In this document: piece after piece, positions 63,619-64,000 of the stretch
Layout of the letters: each line of letters begins with the position of its first letter
Position numbering within the stretch: the stretch's first letter is position 1
Origin: Hypanus sabinus
Taxonomy: Eukaryota
NCBI RefSeq assembly: GCF_030144855.1
Contig: NC_082706.1
Span: 20,584,001-20,648,000 of the forward strand
Reading direction: 5' to 3'
Length of the DNA stretch: 64,000 bases
The notes under the pieces: model-generated
The model's input: the letters and a program-made list of their open reading frames with translations, nothing else
Database searches by the model: none
Told to the model about the DNA's origin: nothing
Program-made: the position numbers and the translations under genes

Positions 63619-64000
63619 GTGTGTATGAGTTTGCTATACACAAAATGGCTGCTGCATTTCCTCCTTTCACAACAGCAACTTTGGAAGACCACGAGGATAC
63701 AGAAAGTGAAGCATTAAGAATATTTCTTTGGATATATGCTTCCTCAAGGATTTCCAAGCAGTCAGAGGCATGAAGCCCTCTGCAGGATCAGCTGAGCCAT
63801 CTTCTACACAGAAAGAGTGAAGGAGTTATACCTGAGTGTGGTCAGCTGCTATGCTGGTTGTAAACGGTGTACTGATGCGATGTGAACATTCCACATAAAG
63901 CCACTTCCACTCCATCAATGCGCTTTGCGCAAATTTGTTCCATGTCCATCACATTAGCAGGAGAGATTTCTTTTTTTTTGCTAGAGGTTTAACCTGTAAT

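Noticed and set aside
63821-63993. Possible minus-strand exon (ttacag|... ctcag|gtata)
   Set aside because: Stops in all three frames, weak donor, no recognisable protein, and at the window edge
1-64000. CRISPR arrays, operons or prokaryotic defence systems
   Set aside because: No regularly spaced repeats or gene-dense coding DNA; the content is vertebrate transposon landscape

Overview
Non-bacterial, repeat-saturated vertebrate DNA with a 333-N assembly gap. The mix of CR1, Rex1/Babar, V-domain (HE1-like) SINEs, Penelope stubs and Tc1/mariner MITEs suggests a cartilaginous fish, probably a ray (inference). I found no convincing host exon; nearly all listed ORFs are decayed retroelement fragments or noise. 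The standout is a TSD-flanked, two-LTR Mag-type Gypsy element (14262-16562). Between its protease and its integrase C-terminal tail, where RT/RNase H/integrase core would be expected, sits a chimeric coiled coil built from two captured host endocytic genes. A Rabaptin-5 (RABEP1) N-terminal segment carries a nested, in-frame 42-codon CIN85 (SH3KBP1) C-terminal coil. Other points of interest: a Penelope-borne minimal hammerhead ribozyme, recurrent Penelope fold-back mini-elements that invert inside that ribozyme, an old ~1.6 kb local duplication with a solo LTR in one copy, and an R4/Dong cluster. Host-protein similarities come from recalled human sequences, not a database search. Most repeat boundaries are approximate.
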